This document shows positions 41,645 through 51,689 of a stretch of DNA of 64,000 bases, in pieces. The notes beneath the pieces were generated by a model, which saw nothing but the letters and a program-made list of their open reading frames with translations, was not told where the DNA came from and ran no database searches. The stretch is from Eubacteriales bacterium (GTDB taxonomy: Bacteria; Bacillota; Clostridia; Lachnospirales; Lachnospiraceae). The stretch lies in the NCBI GenBank assembly GCA_030524125.1, contig JAUNHB010000001.1, positions 51,920 to 115,919 on the forward strand, in the 5' to 3' direction. The position numbers and the translations under genes were made by a program. Every line of letters begins with the position of its first letter. The first letter of the stretch is position 1.

Positions 41645-43051
41645 CTACCGGGATTCCTTCTCCAGAAGCTTGCGTCCCATCAGGACTCCCATGGCAGAAG
41701 CCATCATCAGCCCCCTCGTCCAGCCCGAAGAATCTCCCAGACAGTGCAGCCCCTGAATGTTCGTGTTCAGGTCCGTGTCCATCTTCACTTTATTGGAGTA
41801 GAATTTCAGCTCCGGGCTGTACAGAAGCGTCTCTCCGCTGGCAAAGCCCGGCACGACCTCATCCAGCATCCGGATAAACTCGATGATATTGGTCATGGCC
41901 CGGTAGGGCATGGCCGCCGTGATGTCTCCGGCCACCGCATCCTTCAGCGTGGGCTTCACGTTGGAGCGGGCCAGCTCCTTGGCCCACGTGCGCTTTCCGT
42001 CGAGGATGTCGCCGTAGCGCTGCACCAGAATATGTCCGGCTCCCAGCATGTTGGTCAGCTCTCCCACTTTCTGCGCGTAGGCGATGGGCTGATTGAAAGG
42101 CTCCGTGAAATTGTGGCTCACCAGAATGGACAGGTTGGTATTCTCGCTCTTCAGATCCTTGTAGCTGTGGCCGTTGACCACCGCCAGATCGTTGTCATAG
42201 TTCTCCTGCGCCACGAAGCCTCCGGGATTCTGGCAGAAGGTCCGGACTTTGTTTTTCCATGGCTTCGGATAGCCGATGAGCTTGCCCTCGTAGAGCACCT
42301 TGTTGACCATCTCCATCACCTCGTTGCGGCACTCCACGCGCACGCCGATGTCCACGGTGCCCGGCTTGTGGGCGATGCCGTTTTCCTGACAGACCCTCTC
42401 CAGCCAGTCCGCCCCTCTGCGTCCCGTGCCGATGACGATCTCCGGCGCGAACAGCTCCCGCGCCCCGGCCTTGTCCGCGATGCGCACGCCTCTGCAGACG
42501 CCGTCCTCCAGGATGATGTTCTCGCACTCCGTGTGGAAGAGCATCTCCACGCCCTTTTCCTGCAGATAATTCTGGATGTTCAGATAGAGCTCCTGCGCCT
42601 TCTCCGTCCCCAGATGGCGGATCGGACAGTTGACGAGCTGAAGCCCCGCCCGGATGGCGCGCTTGCGGATCTCCTTGATCTCCTCGCCCTCGTAGACGCC
42701 CTCCACATGCTCGTCCGCGCCGAACTCCAGATAGATTTTATCGGTATAGTCGATCAGCTCCTGCGCGAACTCCTCTCCGATCAGCGTGGGCAGCTCGCCG
42801 CCCACCTCGCAGGAAAGGCTCAGCTTTCCGTCGGAAAACGCCCCCGCGCCTGAAAATCCGGTCGTGATCATGCAGTTGGGCTTGCAGTTCATGCATTTTC
42901 CAGTCTCGGACTTCGGACAGTGCCGCTTGTCCACTGGCTTTCCCTTTTCCACCATAAGGATCTTTTTATCTGAATGGTTCCTCACCAGCTCCAGCGCCGT
43001 AAAAATACCGGCCGGCCCGGCTCCGATGATGATAACGTCGTAATTGTTCAT
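41645..43051 (-). CDS. FAD-dependent oxidoreductase, uncharacterised family
   Basis: IIGAGPAG, Cys cluster, GAGAFSDGKL, GDSSGWTRGL. Confidence 0.85.
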   Translation of the reverse strand: MNNYDVIIIGAGPAGIFTALELVRNHSDKKILMVEKGKPVDKRHCPKSETGKCMNCKPNCMITTGFSGAGAFSDGKLSLSCEVGGELPTLIGEEFAQELIDYTDKIYLEFGADEHVEGVYEGEEIKEIRKRAIRAGLQLVNCPIRHLGTEKAQELYLNIQNYLQEKGVEMLFHTECENIILEDGVCRGVRIADKAGARELFAPEIVIGTGRRGADWLERVCQENGIAHKPGTVDIGVRVECRNEVMEMVNKVLYEGKLIGYPKPWKNKVRTFCQNPGGFVAQENYDNDLAVVNGHSYKDLKSENTNLSILVSHNFTEPFNQPIAYAQKVGELTNMLGAGHILVQRYGDILDGKRTWAKELARSNVKPTLKDAVAGDITAAMPYRAMTNIIEFIRMLDEVVPGFASGETLLYSPELKFYSNKVKMDTDLNTNIQGLHCLGDSSGWTRGLMMASAMGVLMGRKLLEKESR

Positions 43052-43171
43052 ATTTTCCCCGCTTTCTTACTTTTCGCTCCGCCCGCAGGCGGATTTATCT
43101 CTTTTGCTGCTGAATGTCCATAAGAACCGCTAATCAGTATAGCATATCGCTGTGATTATGCAAGGAAATTT

Positions 43172-43642
43172 TTACACTTTTCCGTTCAGGCTCCGCTCGG
43201 TCAGCCGGTCGTTCCGGTAGGTCAGCTTCAGGGAGAAAAACGGCGCGTCCGCGGCCAGAAGCCGAAGGAAGATCCGGTCTCCCTCCCAGAGCGGAAGACC
43301 CGTCACCTCCTCCTTCGGGATCCACCGAAGCTCCCCCTCCTCGCAGTCCATGGAGGGAGAGCCCTCCCAGCCGTTCGCCGTGTACAGGCACATATACTCG
43401 GTCGGATGGTCGTCGGAGGTGAACGTGACGATCCCGCGGAAGCGCCAGTCCGTCAGGACGACCCCCGTCTCCTCTCTCACCTCCCGGCAGAGGCATTCCT
43501 CAGGGCTCTCCCCCGGCTCGAAATGTCCTCCTACGCCGATCCATTTTCCTTCGTTCACATCATTTTTCTTTTTGATCCGATGCATCATCAGATACTTTCC
43601 GTCGCGCTCCATATAGCAGAGCGTCGTAAGCGGGCTTTTCAT
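43172..43642 (-). CDS. Nudix hydrolase (MutT/MutX-like)
   Basis: Nudix box GGHFEPGESPEECLCREVREETG. Confidence 0.88.
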   Translation of the reverse strand: MKSPLTTLCYMERDGKYLMMHRIKKKNDVNEGKWIGVGGHFEPGESPEECLCREVREETGVVLTDWRFRGIVTFTSDDHPTEYMCLYTANGWEGSPSMDCEEGELRWIPKEEVTGLPLWEGDRIFLRLLAADAPFFSLKLTYRNDRLTERSLNGKV

Positions 43643-43691
43643 CCTTTGTCTCTCCTTCTCTATGTACGGGGCCTCTGCCCCGCGCCTCCTT

Positions 43692-44813
43692 TTACTGCGA
43701 CTGGTTGATCATCGTCTCCGCGAAGATCCCGTACCCCTTGGCGGGGTCGTTGACAAACACGTGGGTCACGGCCCCTGCCAGCCTGCCGTTCTGGAGGATG
43801 GGCGACCCGCTCATCCCCTGAATGACGCCGCCGGTCAGGGCAAGCAGTTCCGGATCGGTGACTCGGAACACCATTCCCTTGTTCACGTCGTTCTCATTGA
43901 GTCGGAGCTCCTGGATCTGGATCTCGTAGTCCCGGAGCTCCCCGGAGACCGCGCTCCGGATCCACGCCCGTCCCGTCTGCACCTCCTGCTTGAACGCCAC
44001 CTCGGTCTGTCCGCCGTCCAGCTCCTTGCCCAGCGTGCTCCCGGCCGCGCCGTAGATCCCCGCCGCCGTGTTTTTTTCGATGGAGCCTCTCACATGGCTG
44101 TCAGAGTAGGTGATCACGCCGCTGATCTCCCCGGGCGATCCCTTCTCGCCCCGCACGATCTCCAGGATGCTCGTGTCGTAGAGCGCTCCGCCCGCCACGT
44201 CCAGAAGCTCTCCGGTGTCCGTGTCCGTGATCCCGTGGCCCAGCGCGCCGAAGCGCCGGTCCTGGGTGATATAAGTAAGAGTCCCGATCCCCTGAATGTC
44301 GTCCTTGACCCAGATCCCCAGCTTGTAGCTGTCGTCCGCGGCCTCCACCGCGCTGACCCGCACCCGGATCTCCTGCTCGTTTCTGGACAGCTTCAGGATC
44401 ATCGTGTCGGTCCGGTTTGCCTGTATGCAGGCGATCAGCTCGTCCTTCGTGCGGATCTGAAGTCCGTTGACGGCCAGAATATAGTCCCCGGCCTGCACTG
44501 CCTGATAGGCCGGTTCATAGGAAAGGCCGTCTCTGGCCTCCACCGCCGCGGTGCCGACCACATAGACGCCCTCGGTCTCCATATAGATGCCCACCGGGAT
44601 CCCGCCGGGCGTCACGCGCATCCGCTTCACCACCTGCACGGACACCTCTTTGACGCCCAGATCCAGCGTCTGGGCCTCCTCCTCGTCCATGCCCACCCGG
44701 ATCAGATCCGGGACGCGGGTATCCAGATACCATCGGACGTAGCCATATAACGTCAGAGCACTGATCAGGAGTGCGACGCACAGACAGGCTCGATAAATTT
44801 TCAGACGGTTCAT
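43692..44813 (-). CDS. spoIVB: Sporulation signalling peptidase
   Basis: PDZ domain, GIGTLT, GALGHGITD, GGVIQGMSGSPI, GAVTHV. Confidence 0.92.
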   Translation of the reverse strand: MNRLKIYRACLCVALLISALTLYGYVRWYLDTRVPDLIRVGMDEEEAQTLDLGVKEVSVQVVKRMRVTPGGIPVGIYMETEGVYVVGTAAVEARDGLSYEPAYQAVQAGDYILAVNGLQIRTKDELIACIQANRTDTMILKLSRNEQEIRVRVSAVEAADDSYKLGIWVKDDIQGIGTLTYITQDRRFGALGHGITDTDTGELLDVAGGALYDTSILEIVRGEKGSPGEISGVITYSDSHVRGSIEKNTAAGIYGAAGSTLGKELDGGQTEVAFKQEVQTGRAWIRSAVSGELRDYEIQIQELRLNENDVNKGMVFRVTDPELLALTGGVIQGMSGSPILQNGRLAGAVTHVFVNDPAKGYGIFAETMINQSQ

Positions 44814-44866
44814 GCAGTCACACCTTTCACGCTTTTTGGTTAGTGTCTGCACAAAACCGTCTGATT

Positions 44867-46558
44867 TTACTGGAAATGATTGGAAGTTTTATATTCGTGC
44901 GCCAGCTTCTTCATCTCCCGGGCGTTGTCAAGGACCGCCCCGGTGATCTGCGCGCCGCCCAGAATGCGGGCCAGCTCCTCCGTCGTCTCCTGCTCCTTGA
45001 GCTTCCGGATCCTCGTCTGCGTCACGCCGTCCTCCGCGCTCTTTTCGATGCAGTAGTGGCTGTCCGCCATGGCCGCCAGCTGGGCCAGATGGGTGATGCA
45101 GATGACCTGACGGCTCCTTCCGATGACCGCCAGCTTCTCCGATACCCTCTGGGCCGTCCGTCCGCTGATGCCCGTGTCGATCTCGTCGAAGATCACCGTG
45201 CCGATGGCGTCCTGGTCGGCCAGCACCGTCTTGATGGCCAGCATGATCCTGGACAGCTCGCCGCCGGACGCGATCTTTCCCAGCGGCTTCAGAGGCTCGC
45301 CCGGATTGGCGGATATGAGAAATTCCACGTCGTCCCAGCCGTCCGCTCCGGGCTGCTCCGTCTCCCGCACCGCGATCTCAAACCGCACGTCCAGAAAGTT
45401 AAGCTCTGAGAGCTGTTCTCTCATCTGCTCTCCGAGCCGCGAGGCCGCCCGCTCCCGGATATCGTGCGCCTGCCGGCACAGGGCGGCAAGCTCCTCCTGC
45501 GCCTCCCGAAGCTCCCGCCCGGTCCGCTCTCTGTGGAGGTCCAGATCGGCCAGAAGCTCCAGCCGCTCCCGCCGCTCTCCGGCCGCTTCGAGGATCTCCG
45601 GAATGGTCGGGCCGTATTTGGCCTTCAGATGATTGATCTGGTTGAGCCGCTCCTCCGCCCGCTGAAAGTCCTCCTCAGAAAATTCCATATCCTCCATGGA
45701 TCGCTCCAGCTCCCGGTCAAAATCCGCCAGCATGGAATCCAGCTCCTGAAGCTGTCCGTTCAGCCGCTCCGCCTCTTCGTCCAGGCGCGCGATTCCCTGA
45801 AGCTCCCGGCACGCACGCCCGATCAGCTCCGACGCGGACGGCTCTCCCTCCGCGCAGAGCTGCCGCACGGCGCCCAGCGCTTCCATGATCCTGCGGCTGT
45901 TGGACATCCTGCGGTAGGACTGCTCCAGCGCCGCATCCTCCCCCTCCTGAAGTCCGGCCTCCCCGATCTCCTGAAGCTCAAACTCCAGAAGGGACTGCTC
46001 CCGCATTCTTGCGCTCTCGTCCATGGACAGACGCTCCAGCTCCTCCTTGAGCTTCCGGCACGCTTCGTACCGCTTCTTCAGCTCTTCCTTCACCTGTCCC
46101 ATCTCCTGATGGGCGTACTCGTCCAGGATCTCCAGATGCTTTTTCTTGTTGAGGAGCGACTGGTGTTCGTGCTGGCCGTGGATATCGATCAGCAGAGACG
46201 CCGCCTCCTTGAGCGTCGACGCGCTGACGGTCTCCCCGTTCAGGCGGCAGATGCTCCGGGAACCGCTGATGCGGCGGGAGAGAATGATCTGCCCGTCCTC
46301 CGCGGGCGCGCCCATCTCCTCCAGCGCCTGCAGGATCCGGGGATCCTGCGTGTCAAAGACCAGCTCCGACAGGGCGTAGTCCGCGCCCTCCCGCACCAGC
46401 TCCCGGGACACCTTGCCTCCCAGCGCCATGGTCATGGAGCCGATCAGAATGGATTTTCCGGCTCCGGTCTCTCCGGTCAGTATATTGAGCCCCTCCGAAA
46501 AGTCGATCTCCGCTTCCCGGATCAGGGCGAGATTTTTCACATGCAGATGAAGCAGCAA
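44867..46558 (-). CDS. recN: DNA repair protein
   Basis: TTG start; TGETGAGKS, IDIHGQHE, SGGELSR, FDEID. Confidence 0.94.
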   Translation of the reverse strand: MLLHLHVKNLALIREAEIDFSEGLNILTGETGAGKSILIGSMTMALGGKVSRELVREGADYALSELVFDTQDPRILQALEEMGAPAEDGQIILSRRISGSRSICRLNGETVSASTLKEAASLLIDIHGQHEHQSLLNKKKHLEILDEYAHQEMGQVKEELKKRYEACRKLKEELERLSMDESARMREQSLLEFELQEIGEAGLQEGEDAALEQSYRRMSNSRRIMEALGAVRQLCAEGEPSASELIGRACRELQGIARLDEEAERLNGQLQELDSMLADFDRELERSMEDMEFSEEDFQRAEERLNQINHLKAKYGPTIPEILEAAGERRERLELLADLDLHRERTGRELREAQEELAALCRQAHDIRERAASRLGEQMREQLSELNFLDVRFEIAVRETEQPGADGWDDVEFLISANPGEPLKPLGKIASGGELSRIMLAIKTVLADQDAIGTVIFDEIDTGISGRTAQRVSEKLAVIGRSRQVICITHLAQLAAMADSHYCIEKSAEDGVTQTRIRKLKEQETTEELARILGGAQITGAVLDNAREMKKLAHEYKTSNHFQ

Positions 46559-46563
46559 CGTTC

Positions 46564-47016
46564 CTACCTCCTCACTATCTTCTCCAGCGCCTCCATGACC
46601 GTGCGGGTGTCCTCCGCCGTCCGGATCGCGCACAGGATCGTGTCGTCCCCGGCGATACAGCCCACGATCTCCTTCCAGTCGATGTTGTCCAGCGCCGCGG
46701 CCACGGCCATGGCCATGCCGGACACGGTCTTGATGACCAGAATGTTCTGGGCGCAGTCCATGGAGACGAACGCCTCCCGGAGGATCCCCTCGTATTTCTC
46801 GGCCATCTTGTGATCCTGCCCGGAGAGGAGCGCGTATTTCTGCCGTCCTTCCTTTCCCGGCACCTTGGAGAGGGAGAGCTTCCGGATGTCCCGGGAGATC
46901 GTGGCCTGCGTCACCGGAAAGCCCTCCTCCTTCAGATGCTCCGAAAGCTCGTCCTGCGTCTCGATGTCATATTTCTCGATCAGCTCTATAATCTTCTCAT
47001 GACGTTTCACTCTCAT
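46564..47016 (-). CDS. argR: Arginine repressor
   Basis: TQATISRD, GCIAGDDT. Confidence 0.93.
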   Translation of the reverse strand: MRVKRHEKIIELIEKYDIETQDELSEHLKEEGFPVTQATISRDIRKLSLSKVPGKEGRQKYALLSGQDHKMAEKYEGILREAFVSMDCAQNILVIKTVSGMAMAVAAALDNIDWKEIVGCIAGDDTILCAIRTAEDTRTVMEALEKIVRR

Positions 47017-47032
47017 ACTGCCATATCCTTTC

Positions 47033-47884
47033 TCAGCTCCGGCTCAGCTTGTTCCGGAGCACCTCCAGGAAACTGACCTGATTGATCTTCAGGATGTAGG
47101 TCACCTCCGCGGAGCGCCCGATCTCCACGTAGTCTCCCGTCCGCATGGGAATGCACGTATCCCCGTCGAAGGTGGCGCACGCCTCGTCCGGGCCGCCTCT
47201 CCTGCCCTCTCCGATCTCGATCCGGATCCGGTCCTCTCCGGAGAACACGATGCTCCGCGAGTTCAGCGTGTGGGGACAGATGGGCGTGAGCACCAGCATG
47301 GACGCCGTGGGGGAGACGATGGGGCCTCCCGCCGACAGGCTGTATCCTGTGGAACCTGTCGGCGTGGACACGATCATGCCGTCCGCCGTGAAGGAGTTCA
47401 GATACTCCCCGTTGACGTACACCTTATAATCCACCACCCGGAGGCTTCCGCACCGGTTCAGCACGATGTCGTTCAGCGCAACGTCCTCCGTGACCAGCTT
47501 TCCGCCGGAATGGACGACGCCCCGCAGCATCATGCGCTCCTCCACCGTATATCCGCCCGCGATCAGGCTGTCCAGAGCCGGCCTCACATTCTGCCGCTCG
47601 ATCTCCGCCAGATAGCCGAGATGGCCCAGATTGATCCCAAGAAACGGGATGCTCCGCCCGGCCAGCTCTCTCGCCGCCCGCAGAAGCGTCCCGTCTCCGC
47701 CCAGCACAAGGATCCCGCACGTGTCGTCCGGAAGATCCGCATAGTCCTCCGTCCGCTCCTGCTCCCCGGCCCGGATGACGCCCTTTGCGCCCTTCTGCTC
47801 CAGATAGTCCCTCACCCCGCGGGCCAGCTCCAGATTCTCGTCCTTGTCGCTGTTCGCAATGATATAAAATGTCTTCGTCCGCAT
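47033..47884 (-). CDS. nadK: NAD kinase
   Basis: LGGDGT, DG.IVSTPTGSTGYSLSAGG. Confidence 0.92.
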   Translation of the reverse strand: MRTKTFYIIANSDKDENLELARGVRDYLEQKGAKGVIRAGEQERTEDYADLPDDTCGILVLGGDGTLLRAARELAGRSIPFLGINLGHLGYLAEIERQNVRPALDSLIAGGYTVEERMMLRGVVHSGGKLVTEDVALNDIVLNRCGSLRVVDYKVYVNGEYLNSFTADGMIVSTPTGSTGYSLSAGGPIVSPTASMLVLTPICPHTLNSRSIVFSGEDRIRIEIGEGRRGGPDEACATFDGDTCIPMRTGDYVEIGRSAEVTYILKINQVSFLEVLRNKLSRS

Positions 47885-47885
47885 A

Positions 47886-48689
47886 TCACAACACCTGGTG
47901 GGCCTGCTCCACGACGGCCTTTGGATCCACCGGCGCGCTCTCCCCTCGCGTTCCTTCCTCATGATTCTTTAGATGCGCCAGATACTCGATGTTCCCCTCG
48001 GGCCCCTTGATGGGGGAAAATTCCAGATTTTCCACGGTAAAGCCCAGCTCCTTCGCGTAGGCGAGCACCCGCTCGATCACCTGCAGGTGAACGGCCCTGT
48101 CCCGCACCACGCCTTTTTTTCCCACCTGCTCCCGCCCGGCCTCAAACTGGGGCTTGATGAGCGCCACCACCTGACCGTCCGGCGACAGGAGCGCCTTCAC
48201 CGGCTCCAGCACCTTTGTCAGCGAGATGAACGCCACGTCGATGGACGCGAACTCCACCGGCTCTCCGATCTGCTCCGGCGTCACGTACCGGATGTTGGTC
48301 TTCTCCATGCAGACGACCCGTTCGTCCTGCCGAAGCTTCCACGCCAGCTGCCCGTTTCCCACGTCCACCGCGTACACCTTCCGCGCCCCGTTCTGGAGCA
48401 TACAGTCCGTAAATCCGCCCGTGGAGGCGCCCACGTCCATGCACACCCGGTCCGTCAGCGACACGTCAAAATGACTCATGGCCTTCTCCAGCTTCAGGCC
48501 GCCCCGGCTCACGTATTTGAGCGGCGTTCCCTTCACCTCGATGACCGCTTTCTCCGAAAACGAGGCTCCGGCCTTGTCCTCCCTCTGCCCGTCCACGAAC
48601 ACGTTTCCGGACATGATGATGGCCTTGGCCTTCTCTCTGGACTCCGCCAGTCCCCGCTCCGTCATCAGAACGTCCAGCCTTGTCTTCAT
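47886..48689 (-). CDS. tlyA: TlyA family rRNA methyltransferase
   Basis: YVSRGGLKL, DVGASTGGFT, LIKPQFE. Confidence 0.92.
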   Translation of the reverse strand: MKTRLDVLMTERGLAESREKAKAIIMSGNVFVDGQREDKAGASFSEKAVIEVKGTPLKYVSRGGLKLEKAMSHFDVSLTDRVCMDVGASTGGFTDCMLQNGARKVYAVDVGNGQLAWKLRQDERVVCMEKTNIRYVTPEQIGEPVEFASIDVAFISLTKVLEPVKALLSPDGQVVALIKPQFEAGREQVGKKGVVRDRAVHLQVIERVLAYAKELGFTVENLEFSPIKGPEGNIEYLAHLKNHEEGTRGESAPVDPKAVVEQAHQVL

Positions 48690-48705
48690 AACCTCCCCGC
48701 TCCTT

Positions 48706-50568
48706 TCAGCACGTAATGTATTTCTCGATGATCCGCTTGGTCACGGACTCGGCGTCGATGCCCACCTCTTCATAGAGGAGAGCCACATTTCCATGCTCCA
48801 CATACTCGTCGGGAAGCGTCACGCACAGCGTCCTGACCGGAAGCTCTTTCTCCGTCAGGTAAGCTCTCACCTTCTCGCCGTAGCCGCCGCTGGCTACATT
48901 TTCCTCCAGCGTCACGAACAGCCGGTGGCTTCCCGCCAGCTCGTCCAGCACGTCCGTGTCGATGGGCTTTACGAACCGGGCGTTGACCAGTGTGCAGCTG
49001 TAGCCGATCTCCTTTAGCTTCCGGCGGACCTGCTCCGCGGTCTTCACCATGCTGCCCACCGCCAGAAGCGCGATATCCTCCTCCTCGTAGACGATCTCGC
49101 TCTTTCCGTACACGATGGGACATCGGAACTCCTTCAGCCCGTCGTACGCCTCCCCTCTCGGGTAGCGCAGCGCGATGGGGCCGTCAAACTCCACCGCGAA
49201 TTTCAGCATGTCCGACAGCTCCCACTTGTTCTTGGGAGCCATGATATGCATGTTCGGGATGCTGGACAGATAGGACAGGTCGAAGATGCCCTGGTGGGTC
49301 TCCCCGTCGCTGCCCACGAGGCCCGCCCGGTCGATGGCGAACACGACGGGCAGGTTCTGGATGCACACGTCGTGCAGCACCTGATCGTACGCCCTCTGCA
49401 GGAAGGAGGAGTAGACCGCGAAGATCGGCCGCATCCCTCCCGCCGCCAGTCCGGCCGCAAACGTCACCGCGTGCTCCTCGGCGATCCCCACGTCGAAAAA
49501 CCGGTCCGGATAAAGGTTCTTGAACCGCTTGAGGCCCGTCCCGTCGGGCATGGCCGCCGTGATGGCCACCACCTTGTCGTTGCGCTGCCCAAGCTTCACC
49601 ATGCAGGTGGAAAACACATCCTGATAGTTGGCTTTCTTTCTCTTGTTCAGCGGCAGGCCGGTCGCGATGTCGAAGGGTTCCGCCCCATGGAATCTGGCCG
49701 GATGGCGCTCCGCCGGGGCGTATCCCTCTCCCTTTCTCGTCAGCACATGGACGAGGACCGCTCCCCTGACGCGCTTTGCCTGCGCGAACACATCCATGAG
49801 TTTTCCCACGTCGTGGCCGTCCACCGGCCCCAGATAGGTCACGCCCATATCCTCGAAAAACATGCCCGGGATGAACAGCTGCTTGATGCCGCTCTTGGTC
49901 TTTTTTAATTGGTTGGCCAGGTGAACGCCCCCGGGAATCCGGTTCAGAGACTGCTCTACGCCGGTCTTGAAGCTGGTATACCGCTCGTTGGTCCGAAGCC
50001 CGTTCAGATATTCGGACATGCCGCCCACGTTCTCCGCGATGGACATATTGTTGTCGTTGAGCACGATGATGAAATTTTTCCTGAGCAGGGACGCGTTGTT
50101 CAGCGCCTCGTAGGCCATCCCGCCCGTCAGCGCGCCGTCGCCGATGACCGAGATCACATACCCGCTCTCTCCCAGCAGGTCTCTGGCCGCCACCAGACCG
50201 ATCCCGGCCGAGATGGACGTGGAGCTGTGGCCCGTGTCAAAGCAGTCGCAGTCGCTCTCCTTGCGCTTCGGAAAGCCGCTCATGCCGCCGTACTTGCGCA
50301 GCTCGTCAAAGCCGGCCTTGCGCCCGGTCAGAAGCTTGTGGGTGTAGGCCTGATGTCCCACGTCCCACACCACCTTGTCCTTCGGGAAATCAAAGCACAG
50401 GTGGAGCGCCATCGTAAGCTCCACCACGCCCAGATTGGAGGCCAGATGGCCGCCGGTCCGGCTGATCTTCTCCACGAGAAAGCTCCGGATCTCCTCCGCC
50501 AGAAGCCGGTACTCCTCCGGGGGGATCTGTTTGATATCGCCTGCCTGATCGATCTTCTCCAAAACCAT
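48706..50568 (-). CDS. dxs: 1-deoxy-D-xylulose-5-phosphate synthase
   Basis: GGHLASNLG, DVGHQ, GDGALTGG, DRAG. Confidence 0.95.
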   Translation of the reverse strand: MVLEKIDQAGDIKQIPPEEYRLLAEEIRSFLVEKISRTGGHLASNLGVVELTMALHLCFDFPKDKVVWDVGHQAYTHKLLTGRKAGFDELRKYGGMSGFPKRKESDCDCFDTGHSSTSISAGIGLVAARDLLGESGYVISVIGDGALTGGMAYEALNNASLLRKNFIIVLNDNNMSIAENVGGMSEYLNGLRTNERYTSFKTGVEQSLNRIPGGVHLANQLKKTKSGIKQLFIPGMFFEDMGVTYLGPVDGHDVGKLMDVFAQAKRVRGAVLVHVLTRKGEGYAPAERHPARFHGAEPFDIATGLPLNKRKKANYQDVFSTCMVKLGQRNDKVVAITAAMPDGTGLKRFKNLYPDRFFDVGIAEEHAVTFAAGLAAGGMRPIFAVYSSFLQRAYDQVLHDVCIQNLPVVFAIDRAGLVGSDGETHQGIFDLSYLSSIPNMHIMAPKNKWELSDMLKFAVEFDGPIALRYPRGEAYDGLKEFRCPIVYGKSEIVYEEEDIALLAVGSMVKTAEQVRRKLKEIGYSCTLVNARFVKPIDTDVLDELAGSHRLFVTLEENVASGGYGEKVRAYLTEKELPVRTLCVTLPDEYVEHGNVALLYEEVGIDAESVTKRIIEKYITC

Positions 50569-50578
50569 AACGTCACTC

Positions 50579-51466
50579 CTACTTCTCTCTGTAGATCAGA
50601 GACTTTATCAGCTCCGTCAAAAATTCGTTTCTGCCCGGAAGCGCGCCGAGGCGCTCAAGCGCCCTCTGCGAGATCTCCTCCACGTCCGCGGACGCCTGAT
50701 CGACGCCCCGGAGGGTCACATAGGTCGTCTTCTCGTTCCGGTCGTCGCTGCGGATTGGCTTGCCCAGCGTCTCCATCGTGCTGGTCACGTCAAGAATGTC
50801 GTCCCGGATCTGGAACGCCAGTCCCACGTCGGAGGCGATCCGCTCCGCCGTCTCCACCTGCCCGTCGGACGCCCCGGCCAGCACCGCGCCGATCATCATG
50901 GACGCCTCGAGGAGCGCGCCGGTCTTGAGCTCATAGATAAAGTCCAGCCGGTCCTGCGAGACGGCGTGTCCCGTGGACTGTACGTCCACCACCTGCCCGC
51001 CGATCATGCCGTAGATCCCCGCCTTGCGGGCCAATATCTGAAGGGCCCTCGCCGTGCGTTTCGGATCCCCGCCACAGTCGAACGCCCCCGCGGCCGTCTC
51101 AAACGCGTAGTTCAAAAGGGCGTCTCCGGCCAGCACGCCCATGGCGTGCCCGAACTTTGCGTGGGTGGTCAGCTTCCCTCTCCGGTACTCGTCGTTGTCC
51201 ATGGCCGGAAGGTCGTCGTGGACGAGAGAGTAGGTGTGGATCATCTCTATGGCCGCCATGAACGGCTCGATCGCCTTTCCGTCCCCGCCGAAGAGCCGGT
51301 AGGTCTCCAGCATCAGGAGCGGCCGCAGCCGCTTTCCTCCCGCCGTCACGCTGTAATTCATCGCCTCCATGATCTCTCTCTGGGGGCCCTCCTCCCGGGG
51401 CAGGAACCGTTCCACCGTCTCCCGCACCTGCGACGTCCTCACCACCAGTTCCTCATGAAAATTCAT
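50579..51466 (-). CDS. ispA: Polyprenyl (farnesyl) diphosphate synthase
   Basis: GGKRLRP, HDDLPAMD, FQIRDDILD. Confidence 0.9.
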   Translation of the reverse strand: MNFHEELVVRTSQVRETVERFLPREEGPQREIMEAMNYSVTAGGKRLRPLLMLETYRLFGGDGKAIEPFMAAIEMIHTYSLVHDDLPAMDNDEYRRGKLTTHAKFGHAMGVLAGDALLNYAFETAAGAFDCGGDPKRTARALQILARKAGIYGMIGGQVVDVQSTGHAVSQDRLDFIYELKTGALLEASMMIGAVLAGASDGQVETAERIASDVGLAFQIRDDILDVTSTMETLGKPIRSDDRNEKTTYVTLRGVDQASADVEEISQRALERLGALPGRNEFLTELIKSLIYREK

Positions 51467-51686
51467 GTGTCTGTCCCTCCTCGTCGATCTGAAGCATCCG
51501 CTTCTCCACATGGTCGATCTTCTCGTTGCAGAGCTTGAGAAGCTGCATTCCCTCCTGATACAGAGAGAAGGATTCCTCCAGCGTCACGTCCTTCTCCTGA
51601 AGCTTTCCCAGAAGCCCTTCGATCCGCTCAAAGGCCTCCTCCAGCCGGAACTCCTCCGGCTTCCGCTCCGTCTCCTTCTTTCCCAT
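51453..51686 (-). CDS. xseB: Exodeoxyribonuclease VII small subunit
   Basis: LEEAFERIE, LEES..LYQEG; position after xseA. Confidence 0.88.
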   Translation of the reverse strand: MGKKETERKPEEFRLEEAFERIEGLLGKLQEKDVTLEESFSLYQEGMQLLKLCNEKIDHVEKRMLQIDEEGQTHEFS

Positions 51687-51689
51687 AGA

